NCBI GenBank assembly: GCA_963712745.1
Contig: CAVQJC010000020.1
Location: 512,001-576,000, forward strand
Direction of reading: 5' to 3'
Length of the DNA stretch: 64,000 nt
Source of the DNA: an uncultured Chloroflexia bacterium
Lineage (GTDB): Bacteria > Chloroflexota > Limnocylindria > Limnocylindrales > CSP1-4
Made by a program: the position numbers and the translations under genes. Every line of letters starts with the position of its first letter. The stretch's first letter is position 1. Positions 51,408 to 60,216 of this stretch are shown here, piece by piece. The notes under the pieces are model-generated. The model saw only the letters and a list, made by a program, of their open reading frames with translations. It made no database searches and was not told where the DNA came from.

Positions 51408-52187
51408 CTATGTCGACGGATCGGTGACGCGGATCTCGAACATCTGGGGCCAGTACTTGCCGGTGACCAGGAACGTACCGGAGGTCTCGTCCCAGGCGAT
51501 GCCATTGAGCACCGCGCCCCGGACCGTCTCGGCCGGATGGGGCTCCAGCAGCCCGTGCATGTCGAGCACACCGGTGACACGCCCGTCCTGGGGGTCGATG
51601 CGCACGATGAGATCGCGCATCCAGACGTTGGCCCAGACCGAGCCATCGACGCACTCGAGCTCGTTGAGCTCGTCCAGCGGCTGCCCTTCGAGCGTGACCT
51701 CGACCGAACCGGTGGGCTCGAAGGTAGCGGCATCGCGGAACGTGAGCGAGGAGCTGCCGTCGCTCATGACCAGCCGATCCCCGTCGTAGCAGAGACCCCA
51801 GCCTTCCCCCTCGTACGAGTGCGACCCGACCAGGTCGAAGGACTCGACGTCCCATTGCAGCGCGATGCCGGCCCTCCAGGTGAGCTGGACGAGCTCGTCG
51901 CCCACGAGTTCCAGGCCCTCACCGAAAAGCGCGTCGCTGAGCGAGCGGGAGCGGAGCAGCCGTCCGCTAGCGGGATCGACCTCGCGTAGCGTCGATCTGC
52001 CCCACTGGCCGGTGGACTCGAAGAGACGACCGTGATCGTCGAGCAGAAGACCCTGGGTATAGGCAGCCCCATCGTGTGGCCGACGCGAAACCACTTCCCA
52101 GTCCAGTCGCAGTTCCGGCTCGTCCGATGCGACAACGGGGCCGCACGCCAGGACCAGGAGCATCGCCAGCAAGGGCACCGTGCGCAT
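51408..52187 (-). CDS. Glutaminyl-peptide cyclotransferase (type II), likely lipoprotein
   Basis: VLAC lipobox-like; HD..YTQGL, ESTG, EGWGL, LNELE, ANVW, LNGIA and TGKYW motifs. Confidence 0.92.
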   Translation of the reverse strand: MRTVPLLAMLLVLACGPVVASDEPELRLDWEVVSRRPHDGAAYTQGLLLDDHGRLFESTGQWGRSTLREVDPASGRLLRSRSLSDALFGEGLELVGDELVQLTWRAGIALQWDVESFDLVGSHSYEGEGWGLCYDGDRLVMSDGSSSLTFRDAATFEPTGSVEVTLEGQPLDELNELECVDGSVWANVWMRDLIVRIDPQDGRVTGVLDMHGLLEPHPAETVRGAVLNGIAWDETSGTFLVTGKYWPQMFEIRVTDPST

Positions 52188-52586
52188 GGGCCAAGTCTGA
52201 CGCAATGGGCAGCAGGAGCAGAAGGGCGCCGGCCGCTCGCCTGCCTGAGCGTAACCGGCGCTATCGAGAGGCTATGCGCGCCAAGGCGTCGTGGGCATCG
52301 TCATGTCAGCGCCCCCGGCGGTGGGCCGGACGTACGGGGACCACGCCACCAGACCCCAGCCTCCACCCCGACAGCCGACCGGACCACCCTGCAACGAGCG
52401 CGGCGTCCGCTACTACGATGACACTGGAACGGACTTGAGAGACGACGTCCGCTGGGCGATACTGCGTCCACGAGCGCGAGGCGCGGCCGATGGTCCTGTG
52501 TCCAGCGGGAACCGAGTGGGCCATCGCGACTGGGGCAGAAACCGCTAGATTACGTCCAAGCCTGTCACACATGGAGGGATGACCCG

Positions 52587-53108
52587 ATGTCCGGTCCAGA
52601 GAGCGAAACCCCCAAGAAGACGACCAAGGCGGCCAAGGCCCAAGTGCCCGAGCCAGAGGCCGCGCAGTCGAGCGGCCCGTCCCAGACGGCTCAGGCCACG
52701 GCCGCCGCGTCGGCTGCGGTAGGCGTCGTGCGCGAGAAGCTCGTCGCCGGTGAGCAGTTGGTGCTCACGGCCGCGCTGGCGATCGTCCTGGTCGTCTATC
52801 TCCTGTTCGAGTTCCTGCTCGACTACCGCGTCATCAGCAACTTCACCGTCCTCGTCGCTGTGCTTTCGATCCTCGCCATCTGGATCCATCGCTGGGGCCA
52901 TTACGACTTCGGTAGCGCCTACCGCATCGTCATCGGCGCGCTGGGTCTGTCGCTGGCGCTCTTCGCGATCATGAACTTCCTGGAGTGGGCGCGCGCAGGT
53001 GGCGGCGCGGGAGAATTCCTCCGCCTCATCGGCTTCATCATCTACTGGATCAGCGGCCTCGCAGCCGGCTACGGCGCCTGGCTGGTCTTCCGCATCCGCG
53101 AGGACTGA
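52587..53108 (+). CDS. Hypothetical 4-TM membrane protein
   Basis: Low-complexity N-terminus followed by four hydrophobic segments; GGAGG SD. Confidence 0.75.
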   Translation: MSGPESETPKKTTKAAKAQVPEPEAAQSSGPSQTAQATAAASAAVGVVREKLVAGEQLVLTAALAIVLVVYLLFEFLLDYRVISNFTVLVAVLSILAIWIHRWGHYDFGSAYRIVIGALGLSLALFAIMNFLEWARAGGGAGEFLRLIGFIIYWISGLAAGYGAWLVFRIRED

Positions 53109-53539
53109 CCGCCCAGAGGACCGACGCCGACCGCGCATGCGGTCGTCTCTCATGCTCGACCGGGTCGCCCCCGACGGCGGCCCGGTCTTCGATTCTGTGG
53201 ATAACTTGGGTGCTCCTCGCGGGTCGACGGGTAGGCAGCCTCCCTGATGCCCTGCTAGGCTTGGGCCACCAGCCCACTCCAACGAGGCTTGCCAAACCAA
53301 AGACCCGCCGTCCCAGCGGCAGGGCCCGGTGCGAACGACCGCCGTGGTCAGTCGTACCGCCAGTCGGGCCCACGCGGCATCCCCAGATGTGGCCATGCTC
53401 GACGTTCGTCCCGGACTCACGTGTCCGGTGACCCGGTCCGGATCCCCAGTTCCGTGACCGACCTTCCTCCTGTCCTGCCCCTGCGCGGCTCTGTCGCCGC
53501 CGTTCGCCTCTGCGTTCGCGCGCGGCCCAGGAGGCATCT

Positions 53540-54838
53540 GTGCCCGAACCCTCTACAGGCGCCCGCGAGGCCCTCAAGACCCCCGCCCGCGCCAGTCGAC
53601 GCTCCGTCGCGCTGCGTGTCGCGATCGGTGCCGTCCTCGCCCTCTCCGTGCTGGCCATCCCGGAAGTGGCCGAGCCCGGGCCGGCGACCGCCGCATCTTC
53701 CTGCACGGGCTGGACCAGCCACGCCTCACCTCCGCGCACCATCCGTGTCCTCAATAGCAGGTCAGGCCAGGTCCAGACGGTAGCTTTCCGCAAGTACGTG
53801 GCCCAGGTCATGGCCTCCGGAGAGTGGCCGACTCGCCTGCGCTTGGCCACCCTCGAAGCCGGCGCCATCGCCACCAAGCAGTACGGCTGGTACTACGCCA
53901 TGGAAGGCAACCACCGCTCCGGATACGTGGCAGGTGGCAAGTGCTACGACGTGGCCGACACCACCAGTGACCAGCTCTACCGCCACTGGGCCAAGCCGAC
54001 GGCCCGGCAGCAGAAGGCGGTCGACCGGACCTGGGACTTGACCCTGCGCAAGAACAACCGCTTCTTCCTGACCGGCTACCGGCAGGGCACCAACGGCACC
54101 TGCGCAGCAGATGCCAACGGCTGGAAGCTGTTCGAGAGGAGCATCGACGCCTGTGCCCGCAAGGGATGGTCGAGCACGCGCATCCTCAGGACCTACCTCG
54201 GCCCCAACTTCAAGATCGTACGTTCGGACACCATGGGCCCGGTCCTCAAGGACCCGACGCTCAGGCTCGAGAGCGGCAACGTCCTGCCGGGCGCTGCCAC
54301 CATCGACTGGGGCAAGTTGTCCAGCCAGGACCAGATCGCCGGCTATAGGGTCCAGCGTCGGACCGGTGGCAGCGAGTGGAAGAGCGTCGACCTGGACTTC
54401 CCGCGGGCCAAGACCGCCGACGTCTGGCTCAGGACGGGCAAGGCCAACCGCTTCCGCGTCCGGGCCAAGGATCTCAAGGGCGAGTTCGGGCCATGGGCCT
54501 ACAGCCCGGTCCGCAAAGCCGCCATCCGTGGACCCAAGGGCATCAGCCTCGCCGGCTCGGATGCGACCGTCTCGAGCGCGGGACCCCGGAAGGTCAAGGT
54601 CCGTTTCAAGGGCCGCTCGGCTGCGTTCGTCACCGAGGTCGGGCCCGACATGGGCCGAGCCAAGATCTTCGTCAACGGACGCAAGGTCGCAGTCATCGAC
54701 CTGCAGCGTGACCGCAGCGTCGAGCGCAAGCTGGTGTGGGCCAAGAACTGGTCGAAGAAGAAGGAACGGGTCATCGTGGTGAAGGCCGCCAACCCCGCCC
54801 AGCGCGTGGTCTTCGACGGCATCTTCACGCTGCGCTAG
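53540..54838 (+). CDS. Secreted SpoIID/LytB-domain protein with FN3-like C-terminus
   Basis: Signal/anchor helix; YVAQVMASGEW..LEAGAIATKQY and DVADTTSDQLY motifs; FN3-like YRVQRR..FRVRA..GPW; GGAGG SD. Confidence 0.75.
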   Translation: MPEPSTGAREALKTPARASRRSVALRVAIGAVLALSVLAIPEVAEPGPATAASSCTGWTSHASPPRTIRVLNSRSGQVQTVAFRKYVAQVMASGEWPTRLRLATLEAGAIATKQYGWYYAMEGNHRSGYVAGGKCYDVADTTSDQLYRHWAKPTARQQKAVDRTWDLTLRKNNRFFLTGYRQGTNGTCAADANGWKLFERSIDACARKGWSSTRILRTYLGPNFKIVRSDTMGPVLKDPTLRLESGNVLPGAATIDWGKLSSQDQIAGYRVQRRTGGSEWKSVDLDFPRAKTADVWLRTGKANRFRVRAKDLKGEFGPWAYSPVRKAAIRGPKGISLAGSDATVSSAGPRKVKVRFKGRSAAFVTEVGPDMGRAKIFVNGRKVAVIDLQRDRSVERKLVWAKNWSKKKERVIVVKAANPAQRVVFDGIFTLR

Positions 54839-55056
54839 ACCAAGGCCGGGCGGCGGTGACCGGACAGGTCGACAGGGCTACCGTGACCATCGGCTAGGGG
54901 ACGAGCGGGCGGACAGGCGACATGGTCGTCAGGTCATGCCTGCCCTGCCCTGCCGCGCCCGGCACCCCGTTCGGAGCGTGCCGAACTCGCACGATGGCAC
55001 AGCCTCGGTGTACGCTGCGCCGGTCCGATCGGAGCCGCACCGCTGGAGGTCCCTGC

Positions 55057-55905
55057 ATGTCCCGTGTCGTCCGTGGCGCCCTTGTCCAGGCCACCTGGAC
55101 AGGCGACAAGGAGTCGATGATCCAGAAGCACGAGCAGCACGCCCACGAGGCAGCCAAGCAGGGTGCTCAGTTCATCCTCTTCCAGGAGCTCTTCTACGGG
55201 CCCTACTTCTGCCAGGTGCAGGATCCCAAGTACTACGAGTACACCGAGCTCATCCCCGACGGTCCGACCACCGCGCGCATGCAGGACCTGGCCAGGGAGA
55301 CGGGCATGGTCATCGTCGCGCCCATGTACGAGGTGGACGAGACGGCCGCGGGCATCTACTACAACACCTCGGCCATCGTCGATGCCGATGGCAAGTACCT
55401 GGGCAAGTACCGCAAGACGCACATCCCCCATGTCCAGGGCTTCTGGGAGAAGTTCTACTTCCGGCCCGGCAACCTGGGCTACCCCGTCTTCGAGACGGCC
55501 ATCGCCAAGTTCGGCATGTACATCTGCTACGACCGCCACTTCCCCGAGGGTGCTCGAGCCCTGGGCCTCAACGGTGCCGAGATCGTGCTCATCCCCAGCG
55601 CCACCTCGCGCGGGCTCTCCGAGTATCTCTGGCACATCGAGCAGCGGTCGCATGCGGTGGCCAATGGCTACTTCGTGGGCACCATCAACCGCGTGGGCAT
55701 CGAGCCGCTGGGCGACGACGATTTCTACGGCCAGTCCTACTTCTGCGACCCGCGCGGCCAGTACATCGGCGAGATCGGCGACGCACACGAGGAGGAACTG
55801 ATCGTCCGGGACCTCGACCTCGACATGGTCAAGCAGGTGCGCGACACATGGCAGTTCTACCGTGACCGCCGCCCCGACGCCTACGAGGACCTCGTCCGAC
55901 CATAG
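55057..55905 (+). CDS. Nitrilase-family beta-ureidopropionase-like hydrolase
   Basis: QELF, YRKTHIP and ICYDRHFPE (E-K-C triad); FYRDRRP. Confidence 0.88.
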   Translation: MSRVVRGALVQATWTGDKESMIQKHEQHAHEAAKQGAQFILFQELFYGPYFCQVQDPKYYEYTELIPDGPTTARMQDLARETGMVIVAPMYEVDETAAGIYYNTSAIVDADGKYLGKYRKTHIPHVQGFWEKFYFRPGNLGYPVFETAIAKFGMYICYDRHFPEGARALGLNGAEIVLIPSATSRGLSEYLWHIEQRSHAVANGYFVGTINRVGIEPLGDDDFYGQSYFCDPRGQYIGEIGDAHEEELIVRDLDLDMVKQVRDTWQFYRDRRPDAYEDLVRP

Positions 55906-55918
55906 GCCCGACGGCCGG

Positions 55919-57014
55919 GTGAGCGCTCGCCCCGCACGGGATCGGCGCGCTCCTCGCCGGGTTCGCGCTGGCGACGCTGGGCGGGCTCTGGCTGGCCCTC
56001 AGCCTCGTCACCATCCCTGGTACCGAGGGCTGGGGCTACGACTACCAGTCCTATGTGAACGCCGCGGAACGGCTGGCCGAGACCGGCACGCTATACCCGG
56101 ACGAGGCACTGGCGGGGGCCTACCGCACGGGCTCGATCTACAACTACTACTACGCGCCGCCGCTGGGCATCGCCATCGGGCCGCTGGACCAGCTGGGCGG
56201 CGGATCCGCGGTGGCCATCTGGTTCCTGCTGCACGTGGCCGCGCTGGCGGCCGCCTGCGCGCTGATGCCGGTGCCCGTGTGGGTGCGCCTGGCATCCTTC
56301 GGCGTGGTCGCGCTCAGCTTCGGGGCCACCCGCGACCTCGTGCTGGGCAACGTGAGCGTGCTCCTACTCCTGCCGCTGGCCGTGGCCTGGCGGTCCCTCG
56401 ACCGGCCGGTCGGCGCGGTAGCGCAGGCGCTGGCGATGTCGGTACGTCCGATGCTGGGCGTGCTGCTCATCTGGCAGATGCTCCGCCGGCAATGGCGGGC
56501 GGTCGCGTGGACGATCGGCAGCGGGCTGGCCATCATCGCGCTCTCGCTGCCATTCGTCGGCATCGACGGCTATCGCGACTACCTGACGGTGCTGCGAAAC
56601 CTCAGCGGACTGACGGGCGAGGCCCACAACCTCGATCTGAGCTCGACGGCCCTGGCGGCGGGTGCCGACCAGGCGGTCGCACAGCTGGCCCTCCTGGTCA
56701 GCTACGCCATCGGCATCGCTGCCATCGGCCTGAGCCTGCGGCGAGACCGCGAGATCGGTTTCGTGGTGACGGCCATGGCCTCGCTCCTGCTCGTTCCCCT
56801 GCTCTGGGACCACTACCTGGCGATGCTGGCGCTGCCGGCCGCGCTCCTGGCCTCGCGCGGCAGGCCGTGGGGCCTGGCCCTGCCGCTCCTCTCGTGGCTG
56901 CCGGCAGTGGCGATCCCGTTCGTCGTCATCGCCGCCACCTTGCTGCCGTTCACGGCACGCGACGCGGCGCCCGAGCCACCCGCGCCGTCCCCGGAGCCGG
57001 CCCGCGCGCTATGA
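55919..57014 (+). CDS. GT87/DUF2029 polyprenyl-sugar-dependent glycosyltransferase #1 (apparent extra G near 55940)
   Basis: GYDYQSY, YYYAPP, LGNV and LWDHY motifs; multi-TM. The frame is open back to 55923 and the GTG at 55919 is one base out of frame. Confidence 0.8.
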
Positions 57015-58159
57015 GAAGTGACCGCGGGGCTCGGGCCGGGACCATCCTCTTCAGCGGCCTCGTCTTCAGCGTGGGCCTGCTCTGGCTGATCGGCTACTTC
57101 CTGACGTACCCGCAGGGCGACATCATCGATGGTCGGACCGTGCACGTCCTGGGCGACTTCTGGGGCTTCGACATCGAGGCCTACGTGGCGGCCGCGGCAC
57201 GGCTGCAGGCCGACGGCTCGCTCTACGCGCGCATCCAGGTCGATGCACCATTCATCCCCGGCGGCTACGGGTTCTATCAGTACGCCCCGCCCTTCGGCGT
57301 GGCCATGCTGCCGCTGACCGGCCTGTCCATCGGCGAGGCCGCCGCGGTCTGGTACTTCGTCAAGGTCGCAGCACTGCTCGTGGCGTGCCTGATCATGCCG
57401 GTGAAGCTGCCGGTACGGGCCCTGACCTTCACTTGCATGGCGCTTTCGGCCTGGGTCCTGCACGACCTCATCCTCGGCAACGTGAGCCTCTTCATGCTGC
57501 TGCCACTGGCCATCGCCTGGCGCTTCCTGGACCGTCCTCTCGGTTCGATCGCCGTCGCGGTGGCCATCGCCATCCGGCCCAGTCTTGGCGCCATCCTCAT
57601 CTGGCAGCTGCTGCGCCGGCGCTGGAGGATCGCAGCCTGGACGATCGGGGCCGGGCTCGCGCTGATGGTCCTGAGCCTGCCCTTCGTCGGCATCGACGGC
57701 TATCGCGAGTACATCAGCATCCTCGGGAACCTGCAGATCCCCGGTGCTGGCAGCGACAATCGCGACCTGGGTGCGACCATCGTCGGCATGGGGCTCGACG
57801 AGCGCTGGCTGGCCGTCCTGCGCCTGGGGGGTACGGCGCTCGGACTGGGCTTGATCGTGGCCGGCCTGCGCAAGGACCGTGAGACCGGCTACATGATCGC
57901 GGTCGCGGCCTCGATGCTCCTGGTCGGCCTTCTATGGGAGCACTATCTCATCACGCTGGCCCTGCCACTCGCGCTCATCGCGGACCGCTGGCGCCCGCTG
58001 GTGCTGCTCGTGGTAGGCGTCTCCTACTTGCCGCAGGCCATCACGCCGCTCGTACTGCTGGGCGTGCTCCTGGCGCTCTTCCTCGTGCCCGACCGACGGT
58101 CGGCCGAGCCGGTCCTGGAGCCGCTCGAGGCACGGCGGTTGCCCGCGCCGTCTCCATAG
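57011..58159 (+). CDS. GT87/DUF2029 glycosyltransferase #2
   Basis: GFDIEAY, YQYAPP, LGNV and LWEHY motifs; paralog of the preceding gene, ATGA overlap. Confidence 0.82.
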   Translation: MRSDRGARAGTILFSGLVFSVGLLWLIGYFLTYPQGDIIDGRTVHVLGDFWGFDIEAYVAAAARLQADGSLYARIQVDAPFIPGGYGFYQYAPPFGVAMLPLTGLSIGEAAAVWYFVKVAALLVACLIMPVKLPVRALTFTCMALSAWVLHDLILGNVSLFMLLPLAIAWRFLDRPLGSIAVAVAIAIRPSLGAILIWQLLRRRWRIAAWTIGAGLALMVLSLPFVGIDGYREYISILGNLQIPGAGSDNRDLGATIVGMGLDERWLAVLRLGGTALGLGLIVAGLRKDRETGYMIAVAASMLLVGLLWEHYLITLALPLALIADRWRPLVLLVVGVSYLPQAITPLVLLGVLLALFLVPDRRSAEPVLEPLEARRLPAPSP

Positions 58160-58177
58160 CGTGTAGGCTGCCCGGCC

Positions 58178-59185
58178 ATGGACTTCGGATTCACGCTCAA
58201 GCCCGAGCACAGCATCGAACGCACCATCGCCCTCACGAAGCAGGCAGAGGCGGCCGGCTTCAGCTACGGCTGGCTGTTCGACTCGCACATCCTGTGGAAG
58301 GACGTGTATCCACTGCTCACGTTGATGGCCGTGAACACCGAGCGCATGCGTCTGGGCACGTGCGTGACCAACCCCGCCACGCGGGACATCACCGTCACCG
58401 CGTCGGTGCTGGCCACGCTCGACCAGATCTCGGGCGGCCGCATGGACCTGGGCATCGGCCGCGGCGACAGCGCCCAGCGCGTGCTGGGCAAGGGGCCCGT
58501 GAAGACGCGAGTCCTGGATAACGCCGTGAGCATCATCAAGGACCTGGTCGAGGGTCGCACCGCCACGTACATGGACACCCAGCTCGATCTCACCTGGACG
58601 CCGGGCTACGACCTGCCGGTGTGGATCGCCGGCTACGGGCCCATGGTGCTGGGCATGGCCGGGCGCACGGCCGACGGCGTCATCCTGCAGCTCGCCGACG
58701 TCGACCTCATCAAGTGGATGATCAGCATCATGCGCGGCGCTGCCGAGGAAGCCGGGCGCGACCCTTCCCACATCAAGGTCCAGGCCGCCGCGCCGGCCCA
58801 CGTCGGCCCCATCGACGAGTGTCGCGAGCGCGTGCGCTGGTTCCCCGCGCTCGTCTCCAACCACGTCGTCGATCTCGTCAGCAAGTACCCCCGTGAGCAG
58901 CTGCCCGACTCGCTCACCGGCTACGTCCGTGACCGCGGGGCCTACGATTACCGGCATCACGCGGAGGTCGGATCGGACAACGCCGAGTTCGTGGTCGACG
59001 AGGTCGCTGACCGCTTCAGCATCGTGGGCCCCCCCGATGAGCATGTGCGCCGCCTCGTGGAGCTGCACCAGGCAGGCGTGGACCAGTTCAACGTCTACCT
59101 CATGAACGGCGACGAAGAAGCTCAGCTGGAGGCCTACGGCCGCGACGTCATCCCCGCGTTCCGAGAGGCCGTGAGCCGAGCCTGA
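58178..59185 (+). CDS. LLM-class, probably F420-dependent oxidoreductase (TIGR03842-like)
   Basis: MDFG, FDSHILW, GTCVTNPATR, GIGRGDSA and WFPALVSNH motifs; flanked by nitrilase and hydantoinase genes. Confidence 0.8.
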   Translation: MDFGFTLKPEHSIERTIALTKQAEAAGFSYGWLFDSHILWKDVYPLLTLMAVNTERMRLGTCVTNPATRDITVTASVLATLDQISGGRMDLGIGRGDSAQRVLGKGPVKTRVLDNAVSIIKDLVEGRTATYMDTQLDLTWTPGYDLPVWIAGYGPMVLGMAGRTADGVILQLADVDLIKWMISIMRGAAEEAGRDPSHIKVQAAAPAHVGPIDECRERVRWFPALVSNHVVDLVSKYPREQLPDSLTGYVRDRGAYDYRHHAEVGSDNAEFVVDEVADRFSIVGPPDEHVRRLVELHQAGVDQFNVYLMNGDEEAQLEAYGRDVIPAFREAVSRA

Positions 59186-59240
59186 CGACCAGGGAGGGCC
59201 CGCGAACGGAAACCGCGGGCCTGTGGCACCATCCCTGCGG

Positions 59241-60164
59241 ATGAGTGGACCAACGAGACCCCCCAGTGGTGGCGCTCCCCGGCAGCCGTGGAAGCCGGAG
59301 CAAGCCCCCAACGGTGTCAGCTGCCCTGCATGTGGCCTTGTCAACGAGGTCGGCGTGCGCACGTGCCGCAATTGCGGCCTGCCGGTCGCCGGCGCGAACG
59401 ACCCCGTACGAGGGGTCGCGCCAGGCCGTGTCGAGATGCCCAGCGCCCAGCGCTCAGGGCTCTCGGCCACCGTCGGCCTGGTGCTGGTCATCGGACTGCT
59501 GCTGGTGGGTGGCACGCTCGCGGTCTCGGGCGGCGGGTTGCTCGGATCGGGCGGCCGCTTCGGCGCTGCTGCCGAGACCCCCTCACCCACGCCGGTGGTG
59601 CTCACCGACCCGCTCACCGGCGAGTCGGTGACGCCGGCGCCCAGCGAAGAGCCCGAGTTGCCCAAGGCCGCCGGTGTCCAGTTCGACTACACCTGCGAGG
59701 ACGCCGCCATCAAGGACCTCAGCCGCGGCAAGTGGCGTCTCAGCGAGGTGCAGGCCGGGGTCCGCACGGACGACGACGGCACCACCTTCGACCAGATCTA
59801 CTGGAAGCTGGCACGGATCTCCAAGCAGAAGCAGAAGAATCCCACCACGGTGACCATGCAGTGGACCACACCCAAGGCCGCCCAGGAGCGCTACGGCATC
59901 CCGCGCGTGCCGGGTACCCGTGCCCTCGTCGTCACCTTCAACGGCCCCGTCGACATCAGCGCGGGACAGACCATCGACTCCTTGCAGTTCGAGAACGAGG
60001 GCATCGACCAGGTCCGGAAGGTCCAGCTCTTCGAGAAGAACGGCAAGGTCCGCACGGTCATCGGCATGCGCGGAGAAAGCTGCGCCCGCATGGCCGGCAT
60101 CGGCTGGAGCAAGAAGTCGAACAAGGCGAACTCACGCGTCGAGCTCGACATCGAGCGCTTCTGA
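59241..60164 (+). CDS. Zinc-ribbon, single-TM protein with a basic extracytoplasmic domain
   Basis: CPACG..CRNCG, TM VGLVLVIGLLLVGG, Pro-rich linker. Confidence 0.75.
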   Translation: MSGPTRPPSGGAPRQPWKPEQAPNGVSCPACGLVNEVGVRTCRNCGLPVAGANDPVRGVAPGRVEMPSAQRSGLSATVGLVLVIGLLLVGGTLAVSGGGLLGSGGRFGAAAETPSPTPVVLTDPLTGESVTPAPSEEPELPKAAGVQFDYTCEDAAIKDLSRGKWRLSEVQAGVRTDDDGTTFDQIYWKLARISKQKQKNPTTVTMQWTTPKAAQERYGIPRVPGTRALVVTFNGPVDISAGQTIDSLQFENEGIDQVRKVQLFEKNGKVRTVIGMRGESCARMAGIGWSKKSNKANSRVELDIERF

Positions 60165-60216
60165 CGCATAGGGCGCTCCTCAGGCATCGCCCGGCTGGCG
60201 ATCGGAGCCGGGCATC

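Noticed and set aside
49735-51855. 706-aa fusion ending in an aldolase (likewise the extended lysA, mutarotase, GT87 and metH ORFs)
   Set aside because: The N-terminal extensions are antisense or off-frame read-through of neighbouring genes. The true starts have an SD or a stop-start overlap.
53196-53204. Replication origin
   Set aside because: A single DnaA box only, with no cluster, AT-rich unwinding element or dnaA/dnaN.
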